Positions 25,063 through 36,321 of a stretch of DNA of 64,000 bases are shown here, piece after piece; the stretch's first letter is position 1; every line of letters starts with the position of its first letter. Position numbers and translations under genes: made by a program. Location: the NCBI RefSeq assembly GCF_000181795.1, contig NW_003526943.1, forward strand, positions 1,607,647 through 1,671,646, read 5' to 3'. This DNA is from Trichinella spiralis (Eukaryota). Under the pieces are notes generated by a model. That model was not told where the DNA came from, searched no databases, and saw only the letters and a program-made list of their open reading frames with translations.

Positions 25063-28000
25063 TCCTCCCCCGGCGATGGGGAATTTCCTTCCCCATCGAT
25101 TATGCGGGCTGGCTCCAGCACTACCAGTTTAGCGACTGGCCCGGTGATTTCTGAGGTGGACGTGCGGATCCGGGCGGCTCTGCTCACTCCATCTTGGCCT
25201 GGGAATAGCTGGATCACCACTCCCAGAGGGCAGCGTGTTCGTGGACGACTGTCCTCCAGTATCAACACCAAGTCGTTGATTTTTGGGCCAACACCGTTAT
25301 TTCTCCACTTGTTGCGAGGTAGCAGCGAAGCGATGTAAGTGCTCCTCCAACGGCGCCACCATCTTGCCATCAACCGCTGATGGCAGCACCAATCCATCTC
25401 CCGATGTGGGTGTCTTCGTGTACATAGGCCGGTCGTTGCGTGACGGCAACCCGGCCTTCTGTGCTTCGGCTGCCCGCAGCCTCGATCCTCGCGCCTCATG
25501 CGCTCCGTTGGGATCCAACCGCGTTGCTCGATCGCGTTTAACGATCGACGTACCTCTGTGGGCAGCGCTCCCCAGTGCATGGGGCAGATTCGGGTCTCTG
25601 TCCACACGTGCCTCCCTGGAGGCACTGCCGGGTGACCCGTGGACCCCGGCGCGTCCGGATTCTGATCTCTTACCAGCGGTTTCCGAGTTACTTCAGTCCG
25701 GTGCGGTTCCCCTTCAGTCCGCTCAGCGTCCCCGTGTTTGCCCTTTGCCGACGGGTGCCTGCCAGCGAAGCGCGGACGGTGCACGCTGGTTTGCCACACC
25801 CCCGCTGCATTCCCTTTGATCGTTGAATGCCTGGGGTCAGCGGCGTCGTCCATCGTCGACGCCAATTCTGACTGTCTTGATGGGCTGTGTCCCACTTGCG
25901 ACAACCGTGTGGTCCGTCCTGAGCCCTCAAGACCGCGCCGCCGAGCTTGTAGTGGCTCGGCTGGCCATCCGGGTCCCTGCAGCCAGGGTTTCCCGGTTAT
26001 CCACTTCTTCAAGCCTCGCTCCCCAGCGAGCTGTCGACTGGTCCGTTGGACGACGTTATGGAGGCCTCGTTGCCCTGAGTGTCGCGGGAGACTGACCTGA
26101 CTCTTCTCTGCACTAGACGTCGTGGTCTCCTCGCGCTTCTCCATAGCCTCCTTGTTCCCTTCTGGAACGTCTTCTTCCGGGATGATCTCCACTGCCTCGA
26201 TCTCCCCTGTTTTCCGCAACGCGACATCGGCGGATTTCCCAGAATTCGTCAGGAAGGTTTCCACTTCCGCAGTCCACCTGGGGCTTGCTCTCCCACGAAC
26301 TACCCAGACGAATAGCGCCTCCAACGCTACTGGACCGCCGGTCGCCCTGCTCCTCATACGACCGGTGACGAAGCCAAAGTAGTAGTCGACCTCTATCCGC
26401 ACGTCGACTCCTATGGGCGGCCATTGCCGCCGCTTCATCTTGGTGACAGCCGCCTCCTGCGACTTGTCCGATATGTCCATCTCCCCCTGTCGGACCTTCT
26501 CGCGGATCCGCTGGATGGCAAACGCTCCCATGCGGCGACTTGCCACCGGCTGGCCCAAACTGCCAACGGCCCCCGACCGGACGTCAACTTTCCATAGTCC
26601 ACGCTCCCGATCCACGAAGCCTCCGACCTTCCCAACACGGAGATTTCCATACGATCTGTCGAGCTCCAACCTCTTCGACGCCACGGCTCCATCTGCGGCG
26701 GGGTCTCCGGCCGGCGCTTTTCTTGACGACCCAACCTCCCCGAACTTCCGCATGGGGCTGTCATCCGAATCTTCGCCTTTCGACAAGACTTTGGCCTCGA
26801 TGGATCGTCTTCGGGCGGCTCTCCCGCACGTGATCCACCCAAGGCGGGTCTCCACGGCCACTGACCCACCTGTCGCTCTTCGAATGCGACCGGTCACGAG
26901 CTCGTAATAGTAGTCGATGCCGACCAATACATCGACCATGAGCGGCGTCCCTTGCCGCTGTCCCCCCTTGGGTACGGTCCTTGCCGGTGTCCCGTCCGAG
27001 GACTCCGCCGGCCCTGATTTACCGTAGACCCGAGGAATTGCAAGCGCCTTCACCATGGTGCTTGTGTCCGGTCGGCCTGAGCTTCCAACCGCTCCAAGCC
27101 GAAATTCCACTCTACGCCATCGGCGCTCCGGCCCTACACGACCTCCGAGAGTTGTGAGGCGACAACGTTCATGGGGCCCAGTGAGTCCGAGAGCTTTCGC
27201 CACGTCCTTCCGGATGAAGGAGATTGCGGCCCCGGTGTCCAGCAGGCAATTCACCACCACGTGGTTTCCGTTTGGCCCATAAGCGCAAGCACGGGCGGTC
27301 TGGAGTCCTTTCCCGGAGGTGCTTCGCACGACCAAAAGACCCTGGTGGGTGCGGTCAGACTCTGAAGACCCTGTCGATTCCCTCGTCGAGGGCGGATGAA
27401 GGAGCCGATGATGCGCCTGGCGACATCCGTCCACTCCACAGGGTCGACCTCCTCGGCATCCTCTCGCCATATGCCCGGTCTCCAGACATCGAAAGCAGAC
27501 TTCCTTGGTTCGCGCCATGTCTCTCCTCCTGGACAGGTCCGCCTTCAGGAACTTCTCACACTCTGCCGCCTTATGCTCCCCACCACAGAACGGGCTGCCC
27601 TTGGCGGCGACCACTGCCAACGCCGCCGCAGTTGATCTGATGCGATCCCCATATCTCTGTTCAGGACGCGACGGTTGCGACGAGGGCGTCCGTTGTTCCG
27701 ACTTCACTGCAGGTGTTTTCGCTTCTTCTCCATTCAACTTGGCGAGCAGATTCGCCTGCCATTGAGCGAATTCCAAAAATTTCTGCAGGTTGTCCTCTTC
27801 TTCGTCTGCATCCGGTCCGATGTTGGTGTCCCAGGCCCTTATCAATGCCGGGGGAAATTTGTCCAGCAACATCGGCATCAGGACCTCACTTGCGGGGAGA
27901 TGGCCGGCGAATGGATCTCTATCCAAAGCAGTGAGACAACGCAGATGTTTAGTCACTTCGTCCACCATGGACTGGATGCCCCGCTCCGACATCTCGCGGC

Positions 28001-28646
28001 ACGCTGGCTCCCTCCATAGGGCAGCCAAATGCTCGCGTATCACTTGTCTCGGTCGACCGAAACGCTTCTTTAAGATGTCGACGGCCTGGGGGTAGTTCTC
28101 TGGAGTGAGCGGGATGCCTTCAATGGCGTTCCTCGCCGTCCCTTCGGTGTTGGACAACAAGTAGGTGAACTTGGTGGCGTTGTCCAAGTCATTCCGTTTG
28201 TGTACATTGGCCTCGAACTGGGCCCAAAAGGAAGGGAATTCCAACACCTTCCCCGTAAACTTCGGGAGAGTCACCTCCGGCAACCTCCCATTGCTGGACC
28301 GGACCGCCGGCATGCCCGCGCTAACATTGCCGCTACCTATGGGGCCTTCTCTGCGCGCCTCAACCATCCTTGCGCGTGCACGAGCCTTTCCCTCACGGTA
28401 GGTCTGGCGACATAACGCCCAGGCATCTATCGCGGCTTGCCGCTCTTCACCTTCCAGGTCCAGCTCCACTTCGGTTTGGAGCGCGTCTGCGGCCCGGAAC
28501 GACTCCTCCATTAACGAGACCTGCTCTTCCACCTCAAAGACATCGGCGGATCTGATGCACAACTCATCCAGTTCTGCCAACAATCGGTTCAGCCGATCCT
28601 TGAGGGCCACGAGTTTCTTGCTCCGTGATTTCGCAGAGGACGCCAT
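25032..28646 (-). CDS. Gag-protease-remnant-integrase C-terminal fusion polyprotein (~1,204 aa)
   Basis: LPEVTLPKFTG...FWAQFEANVH (BEL Gag/DUF1759-like); knuckles SPFCGGEHKAAEC, CFRCLETGHMARGC and CGVDGCRQAHHRLLH; protease LLDTGA; C-terminal WWRRWRSTYIASL...DLVLI...PLGVVIQLFPGQDGVSR (BEL integrase tail). No YxDD RT motif and no DDE core. Confidence 0.9.
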   Translation of the reverse strand: MASSAKSRSKKLVALKDRLNRLLAELDELCIRSADVFEVEEQVSLMEESFRAADALQTEVELDLEGEERQAAIDAWALCRQTYREGKARARARMVEARREGPIGSGNVSAGMPAVRSSNGRLPEVTLPKFTGKVLEFPSFWAQFEANVHKRNDLDNATKFTYLLSNTEGTARNAIEGIPLTPENYPQAVDILKKRFGRPRQVIREHLAALWREPACREMSERGIQSMVDEVTKHLRCLTALDRDPFAGHLPASEVLMPMLLDKFPPALIRAWDTNIGPDADEEEDNLQKFLEFAQWQANLLAKLNGEEAKTPAVKSEQRTPSSQPSRPEQRYGDRIRSTAAALAVVAAKGSPFCGGEHKAAECEKFLKADLSRRRDMARTKEVCFRCLETGHMARGCRGGRPCGVDGCRQAHHRLLHPPSTRESTGSSESDRTHQGLLVVRSTSGKGLQTARACAYGPNGNHVVVNCLLDTGAAISFIRKDVAKALGLTGPHERCRLTTLGGRVGPERRWRRVEFRLGAVGSSGRPDTSTMVKALAIPRVYGKSGPAESSDGTPARTVPKGGQRQGTPLMVDVLVGIDYYYELVTGRIRRATGGSVAVETRLGWITCGRAARRRSIEAKVLSKGEDSDDSPMRKFGEVGSSRKAPAGDPAADGAVASKRLELDRSYGNLRVGKVGGFVDRERGLWKVDVRSGAVGSLGQPVASRRMGAFAIQRIREKVRQGEMDISDKSQEAAVTKMKRRQWPPIGVDVRIEVDYYFGFVTGRMRSRATGGPVALEALFVWVVRGRASPRWTAEVETFLTNSGKSADVALRKTGEIEAVEIIPEEDVPEGNKEAMEKREETTTSSAEKSQVSLPRHSGQRGLHNVVQRTSRQLAGERGLKKWITGKPWLQGPGWPAEPLQARRRGLEGSGRTTRLSQVGHSPSRQSELASTMDDAADPRHSTIKGNAAGVWQTSVHRPRFAGRHPSAKGKHGDAERTEGEPHRTEVTRKPLVRDQNPDAPGSTGHPAVPPGRHVWTETRICPMHWGALPTEVRRSLNAIEQRGWIPTERMRREDRGCGQPKHRRPGCRHATTGLCTRRHPHREMDWCCHQRLMARWWRRWRSTYIASLLPRNKWRNNGVGPKINDLVLILEDSRPRTRCPLGVVIQLFPGQDGVSRAARIRTSTSEITGPVAKLVVLEPARIIDGEGNSPSPGEDVTDVTARFR
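25063..25071 (-). other. Polypurine tract GGGGGAGGA abutting the 3' LTR
   Basis: Reverse complement of tcctccccc, directly adjacent to the LTR TGT terminus on the minus strand. Confidence 0.9.
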
Positions 28647-28656
28647 GGTATCCACT

Positions 28657-28695
28657 ATCCATAGGTCGCTGGTTCGACTCCGGCTCGGAGGACCA
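28657..28695 (-). other. Extended primer-binding site complementary to tRNA-Tyr nt 38-76
   Basis: Plus strand ATCCAT-AGGTC-GCTGG-TTCGACT-CCGGC-TCGGAGG-A-CCA parses as anticodon 3' stem, variable loop, T arm, acceptor 3' strand, discriminator and CCA. It lies 2 nt from the 5' LTR. Confidence 0.9.
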
Positions 28696-28697
28696 AA

Positions 28698-28969
28698 TGT
28701 TAAAGCGAAATCACAATTTCGCCCTCGAGCTTAGTGGACTGTATAATTGGTTTTCGTCGCAATAACAGTCAATCAAACCAAACGGAGTGTTGACACAGTT
28801 TATTAAGACAGCTAACTAACAAGCCAAGACAATACAACAGGAAAAGACGCAATATCACACAACACACACAGCCACACACACACGCACTTGACGTCACTAC
28901 TACGCCTACTGTAGTCCTTCCTGATTCGCAGGTTCCCACTACCGAAACCTGGCTGTTACGTCCGTAACA
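28698..28969 (-). repeat. 5' LTR
   Basis: Identical copy of 24791-25062, followed by the GTTAT TSD. Confidence 0.97.
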
Positions 28970-29235
28970 GTTATTACTGAAATTACAATGAAATTTAAAA
29001 AATGCTTTACTTTTTTAGTATAAACGTAAAATATAAATGCAATCCTCAATGCCCTATTTTAAATGCTTTTATGTGGATAAAGCCAATTTTTACATAGTAA
29101 ATCTTAATTTTTGTTTACTGTAATTAAGATACCGTGATTGCAAAATCTGATTTTAATCCCCTTTTCTGCATTTCTATTTTGCTTAAACTGTAATGTGTGT
29201 GCATTTATTTTTTATATTTAGAATTTTGTAACGCA

Positions 29236-30734
<1,499 letters not shown>

Positions 30735-31344
30735 ACTTTTTGTTCGCTTCATTTGCTTTGTTTTGAAAAAAATGTTAGCGTACATAAAGAAATAATTTTT
30801 CAAATGCTATACTGGATGCCATTGCTGAAAATAAAAATCAGTTTGAATGCTTAACTTTTGCATTACTTAATTCAGTGATTAAAAATCATATTACTATTTA
30901 TAAAATGGAAGAATAATACGAAATCAATTCAAAATTAGGCATAACTGGTTATACACATGTAAAAATCAGAGATTCTGCCAGAATAACAGCAAACTATTTC
31001 CGATGAGCAGCAGACGTGCTACTTTTGTCGGTACATCCACCAAAAAACATATCTTCTAATCATCTACATATCTGCTGACACAATCTGAGCAGTATCTTAG
31101 TTGTGTATGTGCGACTGAATTTGATGTGATGCCACTTTGGGATGAAAATCACAAGGTAGATCTTAACTGAAACAAATACTGTCCACTATGTTCAGAGACA
31201 AATCAAAATGTTTTTTTTTCATATTCATTAGTAGTAATTTCTTAATTAGCAAAAGTATGTTTAATAAATTAAATCAAAAAACTTCCCAATCATTTTTAAT
31301 AACATACTAAAATAATGTAATAATTGCCAATATTAAAAAAAAAG

Positions 31345-34300
31345 TCATAATTCATGTTCGGGATTTAAGCTTTCCGGTAAAGTATCACAAGCAGCCGGAC
31401 TTTGAAATGTGAGTACATATTCGCAAATTGATGGCTCTGATGAGGAAAGCAGACTGTTTTCAATTCCACATTGAATGATTACCTTAAAAATTACGCATAT
31501 TAAATTCTTTTGCAATTTAATTAATTATTGGTTTAGTAAATTTCTCACCGTTGCTGATCTCGTGGGACCATTCCAGCAAGACATTCCATTTTCATAAATT
31601 TGTTTTAACTTTCCGCCAGTTTTTTCCAACCAACGACCCCAATTTCTTAAAAATTAAAATTAAAAACATTAAAACATGTAATTGCAAAAAATCGAAAATA
31701 TATTTCCCTACCCAAGGTGTACTCTGTGGTCGCCATTTAAGCTAATTTGATAAACATCTTTAAATAAACACAGCTTGTACGTATATTCAGCATCTTTAAT
31801 TTCAAAGCACTGTTTGTTGAGAGGTAAGAAGGCATCTTCTGGGCCAAAATCTTGGTTAAGCAAATCTTCAATATCTCTAAAACATTAAACGATAATAAAT
31901 TTAACAAATACTTTTTTGTATATGATAATTTTGAAAAGTGTAAAAAATGAAATATCCATTTTCAAAATTATCATCGGATATTCAAAGTCCTATTAATAAC
32001 GTGTGTTTTACATTTAAGCTATCCGTGCACTACATAATATATATGCATTGTAGCATAAATGAAAAGATTACCGTATATCACTATCAAGTTGCGATACTTT
32101 TCGTTCGATTTCATAGAATTCAGATCTTGCAACTTGTGCCACTGAAACAAATATGACAAAAAGTGAAAAAAAAACAACGATAAGATTATTAAAAAGTTTA
32201 AAATTGGTTACAATCTATAAGTTGTTGAGTTTCATTGCTGTAAGAAATATTTTCGTCATCAGGTAAATCTTCTTGCGGTAAAAAGTCAAACTAAAAAAAA
32301 TCACAGTAATCAAATTTCACAGCTGCGCAACTGATAAGAATTGAAGTATAATACTGTAACAGAATGTTATTGTTACGTCTTGTCAAGTATAATAATACAA
32401 TTTTCTTCATTTACAAATAACCGCTTCTCAAAAGATTAATTTCACTAACCTTTCTAATTCTTTTGTTAATATTTCTTTTTTTGAACTAAAAAATATTATG
32501 AAATATTAGTAACTGCACTGTAGTAATAAATGTAATTCAAACATTAAATAAGTTTTTCATTACAATATCAGTATTGAATTCGTTTTCCTCTTTTATTATA
32601 TTTTCTTCTAAACTTTCCTGATTCTCATAATCTTGTGTTAATTCCTGAAATGTAATTAATTTAAGATATGCATTAAAAAATTTTTCGGAACATATAGTCA
32701 ATATATTAATTGAAACTCCGGTTCTACCCAGATTGAATAAAACTATTCAGTTTAAATTCGCTTTCGATAATTAATTAGAATATAAAAAATAATTTTAGAA
32801 TAAACTAGAATTAGCAAACACAAATACGGTACTGCTTTAAAGTCAAACTATACGTGGCAATAATAATTTAAAAACAACATCGGCATCATATACATTACTT
32901 TAGCGTCTAAATCGTCAGCTTCAGCATCTCGATAATCTAATTTTGCATCCATTTCAGCTACTGATTCTTCAACAGGAGCAGCAGGCTTTTCCTCATCATG
33001 ACTATCCTCTTCTACCTAAGTATAGCATTTCTGATATTCATCAATAAAAAATTCTGAAATCACCTCTGGTTTATAAGTATGCTCTATAGCGTCCCAAATG
33101 TGTGAAACAAAGTGATCAACTTCTACTTCTGTTTCGTTTCCAAGAAATATCTATTAACATTAAATCATTAAATGTAATAAAGGAAAAAATTGCTTACATT
33201 AGCCTCTTCAACTGTTACTACACCATCTTCATCAACATCAAATTCTTTCCTTAGCTGCATTTCGTCAGTTGTAATTCTAAAATTTTTCCATATAAACTTA
33301 TAAAATATATCAATATAAACTTTCGAGTGATATGATTTTTTCCGTGAATTAGCTATAAAACTTCATCACTCAAGTAGAGCACAAGTGGAAGAATAAGAGA
33401 AAATTAAAGTGTCGGTAAAAAATAATAAATTAATACCTGATTTTTTCATACGGTAAATTTGCTAATTATAAATTTTTATGAGTATTGCGTACAATATGTA
33501 TATGGGATTAATTCAAAATTTTAAGTGATAAACAATACAAGTCAGTTATTATTAACAGAAAAAACATTTCATGTGAAAAATATAAAATTAGTAAACAATA
33601 CAAAATAATTTTTATTTACTTCCCATCTTGATTTACATCCAATGTTTTAAAGGCAACTGACGCTTTAGCCTTTCGTTCTTCTTCTTTTTTCAGTTTTCTT
33701 GCTTCTGTAAAGATAATATAAATTCGCATGCGAAACAAATTTGGGCTTTACCGTTCCATGCTTGCAGTTCAGCATCTCTGGCTTCATTCTCTGCTTTTGA
33801 AGCTTCTTCATTCTTATCTTAAGTATCTTAATTATGGAATTATAAATCAAATTCAACTTACTTCTTGCTTGGTCGTAACTAGCTTGAATAGCTTCCCTTT
33901 CTGCCAGGGCTGCCTCAAGTTTACTCTTTAACAAAATATTTATCATCAGTTTATGCCTCTCAGCAAACCTGACAACTATGTATCACTTTTTTTTCAGTTT
34001 TCACTTGTTCTGCTTCTTTAACAAGACCATTTCGAATAGCATTGCCTTCACGTTGTATGGCCTGCTGTTTCTCGAGCTCTTCTCTCATCTTTCGGCCTAT
34101 CTCTTCGCAAATATTCGGACATTTTACACGTCCGAGCCATTCATCACTTCCATCACAGCAGTCTTAATATAATAAAATAAATGCTGTTCTTATCAAATAG
34201 ATTATACTACTAACCGCAAATCCCATCGTTTACCCAGCTACTGTGTATATTTTTGGATTCCGCTGCAAGATTTACACAATGGAAAAAACCATTCGGGCAA

Positions 34301-34592
34301 GCAGCTGTTCCTGGCTCATCACTTCCATCTTGACAATCGCAATAGTCGTCATTTACCCAATCAAATGAAATTGAAGCTGAGCCATCTAAGCATTTGAAAT
34401 TTTTACTGGGATCATACAAAGGCTTGCCTAAATTTGAAATATATTAAACTTCTGAAAGTGCATTTTGTTCAAAATTAAATAGTCCTCACGGTCAAGAGGT
34501 ATGCCGAACAAACGATCAACAAAGACTGCTGATGCGTGAATTTCAGCGATGACAAAAATTAATTTTAAGAAAACATCACCAATGGTAGCCAT
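31345..34592 (-). CDS. PRKCSH: Glucosidase II beta subunit (multi-exon span)
   Basis: Signal peptide; FKCLDGS...[20 protein letters not shown]...[14 protein letters not shown] (LDLa-like); EF-hand-like DVNQDG/DVDEDG; MRH domain ([29 protein letters not shown]); ends PEHEL*. Confidence 0.94.
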
Positions 34593-35304
34593 TTCAATTT
34601 AAAGGCAGCTATTTCAGACCAGCTGTTTCGTAGAAGGTCCAAATGAGAACAAATAATATGTTTAAATTATCAAAATCATGAAATGTGCATTACGGCAAAC
34701 ATTACAGTATAATGATATGAATGTAAACGCATTATAAATAACCGCTATTAATAATAAATTGATTGATGATTACGTTAAATCAATGTAGAAAAATGTATGC
34801 TTTAAAACTAAGATTATGTCTAACAATCTTGTTAATCGCTTGGATAAACTTGATTAATAAACGCAAAAATTTCATTTCAGAGAAGGCGAACAATGAAATT
34901 ATACTTTGAGTAGCATTTAAAACAATGCATAATAATTATAAGTATCTTTTCTTAACATTTCTACAACACTGCACATGGAAGCAGCGCATGGCGCTAACTG
35001 ATGTTCAGGTAACTTAAGTTCAAAAAGATTAACCAGGTATACTGTATGAAGTAATTGCAAACTAAACAACATCTGTTTTAGCAAATCAGATATTGGCGAT
35101 AGTACCCAAAAGAACTCTTCTGAGGTTCCTGGATATTTAAATTTTCAATACACCGACTTTATAGTAAAAGTTGTGTTTAAGAAACTTTTTACATAAGAAA
35201 ATTTCCATTTGATTAATATTTTTATTAGTCGTATGTAAAACAAACAGTGGAATTGCTTAATAAATTACATTGCCCTTGTAGGGCTACAAAAAATTGTTTG
35301 ATTG

Positions 35305-35383
35305 AACTCAAAATTGCTCCTTTGCACGGAAATCTTTAGTAAAAGGCGAAAGATTTGTTCGTGTATGCAAAGGAGCAAGAGTT
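35305..35383 (+). other. Intergenic hairpin (structured RNA candidate or inverted-repeat relic)
   Basis: TTGCTCCTTTGCA (35314-35326) / TGCAAAGGAGCAA (35366-35378) forms a perfect 13-bp stem, with inner AAATCTTT/AAAGATTT and outer AACTC/GAGTT. Confidence 0.5.
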
Positions 35384-36321
35384 GACTTTTCTTAATTAAG
35401 AATTTCTCTTCATAAATTATATTCTATATGAATATTGGGTTTTGCTACTGTTATGAGATATGGTATGATATTTACATACTAATAATTTATTCGTAATGCA
35501 TTCCATTCCATTTCATATGAATTACTTATTCAGCAAGCAATTTTTTTCAGATTAAGAATAGAAGGCTGTATTTTGAAGATCAAAAAACAGTTTAATAAAG
35601 CTTTCAATTTAATAATAAAATGATGTTTGTCCATATTTAGAAGTGAAAAAAAGCTAAAATGGACACTGTCCGTAAAAGCTAAATAATTGATTTGATACGA
35701 TGCAAAAAATTTGTTTCACAGTTTTTTATTTAAATCAAAGCCTTACAAACTCGACAGCTAACAATCAATCCAGAACACAACGTTTAGTTAAATACTTATT
35801 CGATCATTTTGTCGTTTATTGCCCATTTGTCAAATTCGTTTTCACTCAAAATAAAAATTACTTTCAATATTTTTTTATCGATGAATATAATTTAAGAAAT
35901 AAAGGTTATAAATTTTCCAAATAAAAAATCATTAAAAATGCAGCAGGAATTGACAACAAGACAGACAAACACGTCAGCATTAACAAACAATGGTAATAAA
36001 CAGTGGAACTGGTACCCATGACAAATGAAATAATAAAACAAAACAGCTGAATTAACTGTCCGTTCGACCCAACTGACCAGAAGCAGAACAATTATGTCAG
36101 CAAAATCCTTGACGTGACCAGAAAAATAATAAGCATTGTTTAGCAGACAATTCGTGTAGCGTGATGTAAAACTTTATTTTTGAATTTATTTCTTCTTACA
36201 TTGTTATAAAATCTTTAAATAATATACATATTGCAAACAAGCAATTAATCAGGTAATAATAACAAAATTTATTATGTCAAGCTTTCTTTTTGCGTAATAA
36301 CAATTAAATTATGTGAAATAA

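Larger units (their letters stand above)
24791..28969 (-). mobile_element. BEL/Pao-family LTR retrotransposon, internally deleted (non-autonomous), recent insertion
   Basis: Two identical 272-bp LTRs (TGTTA...TAACA), 5-bp TSD GTTAT (24786-24790, 28970-28974), PBS, PPT, a BEL-type Gag/protease ORF, and much higher GC than the flanks. Confidence 0.96.

Noticed and set aside
25102..28555. Many overlapping short ORFs on both strands inside the retroelement
   Set aside because: Expected from high GC; none shows RT, RNase H, integrase or envelope motifs.
28657..28695. Possible tRNA-Tyr gene
   Set aside because: Only the 3' half is present, it includes CCA and it abuts an LTR, so it is a primer-derived sequence and not a gene.
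33321..33373. Intronic GAGTGAT/ATCACTC hairpin with a box C-like GTGATGA in PRKCSH
   Set aside because: No box D at a suitable distance and poor inner pairing.
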